Part shown: positions 60,008 through 64,000 of the stretch, one piece after another | Layout: each line of letters begins with the position of its first letter | Numbering within the stretch: the first letter of the stretch is position 1 | Assembly: GCA_900316435.1 (NCBI GenBank) | Contig: ONCY01000001.1 | Span: 16,358 to 80,357 of the forward strand | Direction: 5' to 3' | Length of the DNA: 64,000 bases | DNA from: an uncultured Eubacteriales bacterium | Lineage (GTDB): Bacteria; Bacillota; Clostridia; Oscillospirales; Acutalibacteraceae | The notes under the pieces: model-generated | The model's database searches: none | Seen by the model: only the letters and a program-made list of their open reading frames with translations | Told to the model about the DNA's origin: nothing | Position numbers and translations under genes: made by a program

Positions 60008-61192
60008 ATGAATAATAATGAAAAATTTATAATAGACGCATTACGTTCTTTTATTGACGACAAAGGAATCTTAATCCCAAAGGGGCTAAACTGGGAGACG
60101 CTTGAATATTTATCAAAGATTAATTCTATATCTGCTATTGTTTGGTACGTTCTAAAAAAATCCGACAATAACGAAGTCCCCGGTTCAATTAAAAGGAGCC
60201 TTTTTCTGGATTATAATGGCTTGTTGTCTTTATCAATAAACAGAGATGAGCGCATGAAAGAATTGCTGGATGTTCTAAACAATAACGGAATAGACCATCT
60301 TTTGTTTAAGGGATATGTTATAAAAGATTTATATACCGTTCCGGAGCTGAGAGTTTTCGGCGATATTGATTTTGCAGTCAGACTTGAAGATAGGAAAAAA
60401 AGTGATATAATAATGTGTGACCTGGGTTATCGGTTAGTAGATGACTGGGAGCCGGTTTATTCATATATGAACGATGTGGAACACTATGAAATACACACTG
60501 AACTTATTGATTCAAACATTAATGATAAGTTCGACTATAAAACGTATTTTCTTGATTTTTGGCAGCATGCAGTACATGTAGACCGATGTTCTTTTCAACT
60601 AACGTCTGAATATCATTTAATATTTTTATTAATGCATATAATTAAGCATTTATATGGTTCAGGCGCAGGAATCAGAATGTATCTCGATATTGCTTTTTAC
60701 ATACGCAGATATAGAGATGAGATTAATTGGATACATTTTTCACAAGAAATAGAGCGATTAAGAATAGAAAAATTTGTTAATACTGCTTTTTCCGCCATTG
60801 AGAAGTGGTTTGGTATAGATAGTCCGATTGCTCTGAAAGAAACGGACGATGCTTTTTTAGATCAATTCATAACATTCACATTAAACGGCGGTGTTTTTGG
60901 AGATAGAGACAAGCCCGGTTCACTAAGTTTGCTTAGAAAAAGCGCTGATGAAAAGGGTGTAAGGCGAGTCAAAACTTTTATGAGTCGTACTTTTCCGTCG
61001 GCAAAAACGATTGAAGTCAGATATACGTATTTGAAAAATAAGCATTGGCTGTTACCGGTTGCCTGGATACACAGGTTAATCAAGAACAAACGCTCTGCGG
61101 CAGATTATTTGAAATCAAGTAAAGAGATATTTCTTACAGACAAAGACGATGTTATGCGTTTGCAGAAAATTTATGATTATTTGGATATATAA
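60008..61192 (+). CDS. Uncharacterised nucleotidyltransferase family protein
   Basis: LFKG..I..LY..PELR..GDID, EIH, KHL...GIR...DI. Confidence 0.8.
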   Translation: MNNNEKFIIDALRSFIDDKGILIPKGLNWETLEYLSKINSISAIVWYVLKKSDNNEVPGSIKRSLFLDYNGLLSLSINRDERMKELLDVLNNNGIDHLLFKGYVIKDLYTVPELRVFGDIDFAVRLEDRKKSDIIMCDLGYRLVDDWEPVYSYMNDVEHYEIHTELIDSNINDKFDYKTYFLDFWQHAVHVDRCSFQLTSEYHLIFLLMHIIKHLYGSGAGIRMYLDIAFYIRRYRDEINWIHFSQEIERLRIEKFVNTAFSAIEKWFGIDSPIALKETDDAFLDQFITFTLNGGVFGDRDKPGSLSLLRKSADEKGVRRVKTFMSRTFPSAKTIEVRYTYLKNKHWLLPVAWIHRLIKNKRSAADYLKSSKEIFLTDKDDVMRLQKIYDYLDI

Positions 61193-61216
61193 ATAATTAT
61201 TTAACAGTTTTTTGGA

Positions 61217-62188
61217 GTGGATACTATGACAAAACTGTCTATTATAGTTCCGGTTTATTATGTTGAACCATACCTGCCTAAATGCATTGACAGCATTTTG
61301 GCTCAGACTATGACAGATTTTGAACTTTTACTTATTGTTGACGGCTCACCGGACAGATGTGCAGAAATATGTGACAGCTATGCTGCTAAAGATAACAGAA
61401 TAATTGTAATTCACCAACAGAATCATGGCGTAAGCGCGGCACGAAATGCCGGATTAAAAATTGCAAAAGGCGAGTATATCGGCTTTGTGGATCCGGATGA
61501 TTTAATAGCTAAACAGTTTTTTTCAAAAATGTATTGTGCAGCAAAGGAAAAAAACAAAGAAGTTGCTTGCTGCGATTATTTAGTGTTTCCTGATGAAAAA
61601 GATATCAAAGATATTACCGGATCAAGGGAAGATTCAATCCTTGAAATGGACATTGAAACAATATTATTCGATTTGTTTTCAAGGCCAAGTAAGATGAAGG
61701 GAATTGTGTGGAATAAGATATACAAGAGATCAGTTCTTAATACGTTGAATTTCAATACATCACTAAAGAATTATGAGGATTTGTATTTTTGGCTTAATTG
61801 TTTATCAGCAAATAAAGAAATAACGGCTTGCTTTCTCAGCGAAAGATTATATTATTATAGAATAAATAATAACAGCGCTTCAAGAAAGTTTGATCCCAAT
61901 CTATATAAAATGACTCGAGATATTTTTGTCAAATGGATCTTTCCTTTTATTGACAAGTTTTTTTTTACATACAAAAAGAATGCAGTAGCATATTATCTTG
62001 ATTTTTGCTCACTGCAGATTAATGAATATAAGAATGCCCATAAACAAAACGGGTATAACGCAAATAAAGATATTCGTTATATAAGGGGTTCTTTGCTTGC
62101 GTTTGTTATGAAGTCTTTGCTAAAGAGAGAAATAGACCGGCATACATTTAATAGATATTTAATAGAATTATTGTTTCGATATAATTAG
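61217..62188 (+). CDS. GT2 glycosyltransferase
   Basis: VPVY, DGSPD, GVSAARNAG, FVDPDD, WNK, ED. Confidence 0.92.
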   Translation: MDTMTKLSIIVPVYYVEPYLPKCIDSILAQTMTDFELLLIVDGSPDRCAEICDSYAAKDNRIIVIHQQNHGVSAARNAGLKIAKGEYIGFVDPDDLIAKQFFSKMYCAAKEKNKEVACCDYLVFPDEKDIKDITGSREDSILEMDIETILFDLFSRPSKMKGIVWNKIYKRSVLNTLNFNTSLKNYEDLYFWLNCLSANKEITACFLSERLYYYRINNNSASRKFDPNLYKMTRDIFVKWIFPFIDKFFFTYKKNAVAYYLDFCSLQINEYKNAHKQNGYNANKDIRYIRGSLLAFVMKSLLKREIDRHTFNRYLIELLFRYN

Positions 62189-62206
62189 AATATTTGGGAG
62201 AAAGAA

Positions 62207-63064
62207 ATGGAAAAGACACAAGCAAAATTGCACCACACCCATATATCATCAGGCCATAAATTTTTTAAGCTTAATCTTAAAGAAGTGTGGAAATACCGCG
62301 ATCTAATTTGGCTGTTTACCAAGAGAACGTTTGTTGTTTCGTATAAACAAACTATTCTCGGGCCTGCATGGCTGTTTATTACGCCTATTATTTCCAGTTT
62401 AATTTACTGCTTTATTTTCGGCGGTATTGCGGGAATGAGCACAGACGGTGTTCCTCAAATGCTGTTTTATTTATCGGGTACTGCAATCTGGACTTATTTT
62501 TCAACCTGCGTAACCAAAAACGCGGGCACGTTTACCGATAATGCCAATGTTTTCGGCAAGGTGTATTTCCCGAGATTAACAACCCCCATTTCAAATATTA
62601 TTTCCTCAATTATCCAGTTCGGAATACAAATGATAATTGTTGTTTGCTTTTTGGTTTATTATGTTATTACAGGTGAAGTAAGCCCTAATTGGTGGGCGCT
62701 GAGTTTGATTCCTGTTGTATTGATTCACCTTGGTATCATGGGCATGGGATTCGGCATTATTATTTCAAGTATGACCACAAAATACAGAGATTTGAGGGTC
62801 TTAGTCGGATTCGGCGTATCGCTTTGGATGTATATTACCCCAATTGTTTATCCGCTTTCTCAGGCAGGAAACGGATTTTTGAAGACTGTTCTTTTGGTCA
62901 ATCCTGTTACTACTCCGGTTGAAGTTTTCCGCTACGGCCTTTTAGGACAAGGAACGATCGAACCATGGTACCTGCTCGGTTCATGGGGATTTACCGTTGT
63001 AGTATTAGTATTTGGCATTATGGTTTTCAACAAAGTTGAAAGAACATTTATGGATACGGTCTGA
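62207..63064 (+). CDS. wzm: Polysaccharide ABC exporter permease (Wzm-like)
   Basis: YRDL, YKQTILG..W, KVYFPRL, KYRD, TPIVYP, NP. Confidence 0.88.
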   Translation: MEKTQAKLHHTHISSGHKFFKLNLKEVWKYRDLIWLFTKRTFVVSYKQTILGPAWLFITPIISSLIYCFIFGGIAGMSTDGVPQMLFYLSGTAIWTYFSTCVTKNAGTFTDNANVFGKVYFPRLTTPISNIISSIIQFGIQMIIVVCFLVYYVITGEVSPNWWALSLIPVVLIHLGIMGMGFGIIISSMTTKYRDLRVLVGFGVSLWMYITPIVYPLSQAGNGFLKTVLLVNPVTTPVEVFRYGLLGQGTIEPWYLLGSWGFTVVVLVFGIMVFNKVERTFMDTV

Positions 63065-63078
63065 GGAGAGTTCGATTT

Positions 63079-64000
63079 ATGGAACAGAGTAACAGAGGAG
63101 TCGCCATTTCAATTTCAGGCGTTAAGAAAAAATACAAGCTCGGTCAAATCGGCGGAGGTTCATTGCGCGCGGATCTTCAGAGCTGGTGGGCTAAGAAGCG
63201 CGGAGAAGAAGACCCCAATACTGTTATCGGGCAGGAAAAGCGTTTGGTTGGACAAACCTTTATGGCGCTTAACGGAATAAACCTTACAATATATCAAGGT
63301 GAGGCTGTCGGAATAATAGGCAGTAACGGAGCGGGGAAAAGTACGCTGTTAAAACTGTTGTCAAGAGTAACCGCACCAACAGAGGGAGAAATTGATATTT
63401 ACGGCCGTATTGCTTCCATGCTCGAGGTCGGCACAGGCTTCAATCCCGAAATGACAGGACGCGAAAACGTCTATCTTAACGGTGCTATTCTGGGTATGAC
63501 AAAAGCTGAAATAGACGCGAAAATGGAGCAGATTATTGAGTTTTCCGAGGTTAGAGATTTTATCGATACTCCTGTAAAGCGTTATTCCAGCGGTATGTTT
63601 GTAAAGCTTGCGTTTTCGGTAGCCGCTCACCTTGATGCAGAAATAATGATTATGGATGAGGTGCTGGCGGTTGGTGATATGGCGTTTCAGAAGAAGTGTC
63701 TTGATAAGATGAAAGAGGCGGCGAACAAAGAAGGCCGTACAGTTCTCTATGTTAGCCATAACATGAATACTATTCGCCAGCTTTGCGATAGGTGCATTGT
63801 TTTAGATAGGGGGAAGATTATTTTTGAGGGAGCGGTTGATGAGGCCGTAGGTGTTTATGCAGGCGTTAGGACTAAATCGTCAGTATCTGTTTCGCTTTCG
63901 GGAATGACGAAAAATGCGAATGGTATTCTCGATGGAATAAAACTAAAAGAAATTCGCATTTTGGAACGTGATTCATGGACGATAGAAGTTGGTGAAAAAC
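63079..64000 (+). CDS. wzt: Polysaccharide ABC exporter ATPase (Wzt-like), runs off the window end
   Basis: Not in ORF track. Manual translation MEQSNRG...GSNGAGKST...EVGTGF.PE.TGREN...YSSGM...DEVLAVGD...VSH. Confidence 0.9.
   Translation, partial: MEQSNRGVAISISGVKKKYKLGQIGGGSLRADLQSWWAKKRGEEDPNTVIGQEKRLVGQTFMALNGINLTIYQGEAVGIIGSNGAGKSTLLKLLSRVTAPTEGEIDIYGRIASMLEVGTGFNPEMTGRENVYLNGAILGMTKAEIDAKMEQIIEFSEVRDFIDTPVKRYSSGMFVKLAFSVAAHLDAEIMIMDEVLAVGDMAFQKKCLDKMKEAANKEGRTVLYVSHNMNTIRQLCDRCIVLDRGKIIFEGAVDEAVGVYAGVRTKSSVSVSLSGMTKNANGILDGIKLKEIRILERDSWTIEVGEK

Noticed and set aside
37939..61192. Lasso-peptide cluster (Asn-synthetase-like plus nucleotidyltransferase)
   Set aside because: No precursor, PqqD-like or transglutaminase-like genes seen; the genes are 20 kb apart in a glycan context
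340..63759. Many overlapping or antisense ORFs in the track (e.g. 25382-26197, 1061-1702, 63361-63759)
   Set aside because: Shadows of well-supported genes, lacking RBS and recognisable motifs

Overview
Chromosomal segment from a spore-forming Clostridia-type bacterium (Oscillospiraceae/Ruminococcus-like, judged from ribosomal protein style; this is inference). Layout: (1) 1-1.7 kb, three minus-strand lipoproteins and a CobO/BtuR adenosyltransferase; (2) 1.9-18.1 kb, the S10-spc-alpha ribosomal superoperon (rpsJ to rplQ), with a long structured leader, unusually large structured spacers, and apparent short deletions breaking rplB and adk; (3) 18.3-33.4 kb, a mixed region with an orphan phage-type replication initiator, an MBOAT/DHHW O-acylation pair bracketed by three copies of a small hairpin-rich repeat, a GH13 hydrolase, MecA-like adaptor, trpS, aminotransferase, serpin lipoprotein, UgtP-like glycosyltransferase, VanW-like protein and a lone spoVAD; (4) 33.4-64 kb, a large mosaic surface-polysaccharide locus, truncated at the window end. 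The most interesting signals are a nested, covarying structured repeat present three times in the ribosomal operon, the hairpin-rich element family abutting stop codons, and a polysaccharide locus combining uronic-acid synthesis with three different predicted amide ligases and an aldolase/hydroxy-acid dehydrogenase pair. No rRNA, tRNA, CRISPR array, transposase or integrase was recognised. All calls were made by eye; no searches were run.
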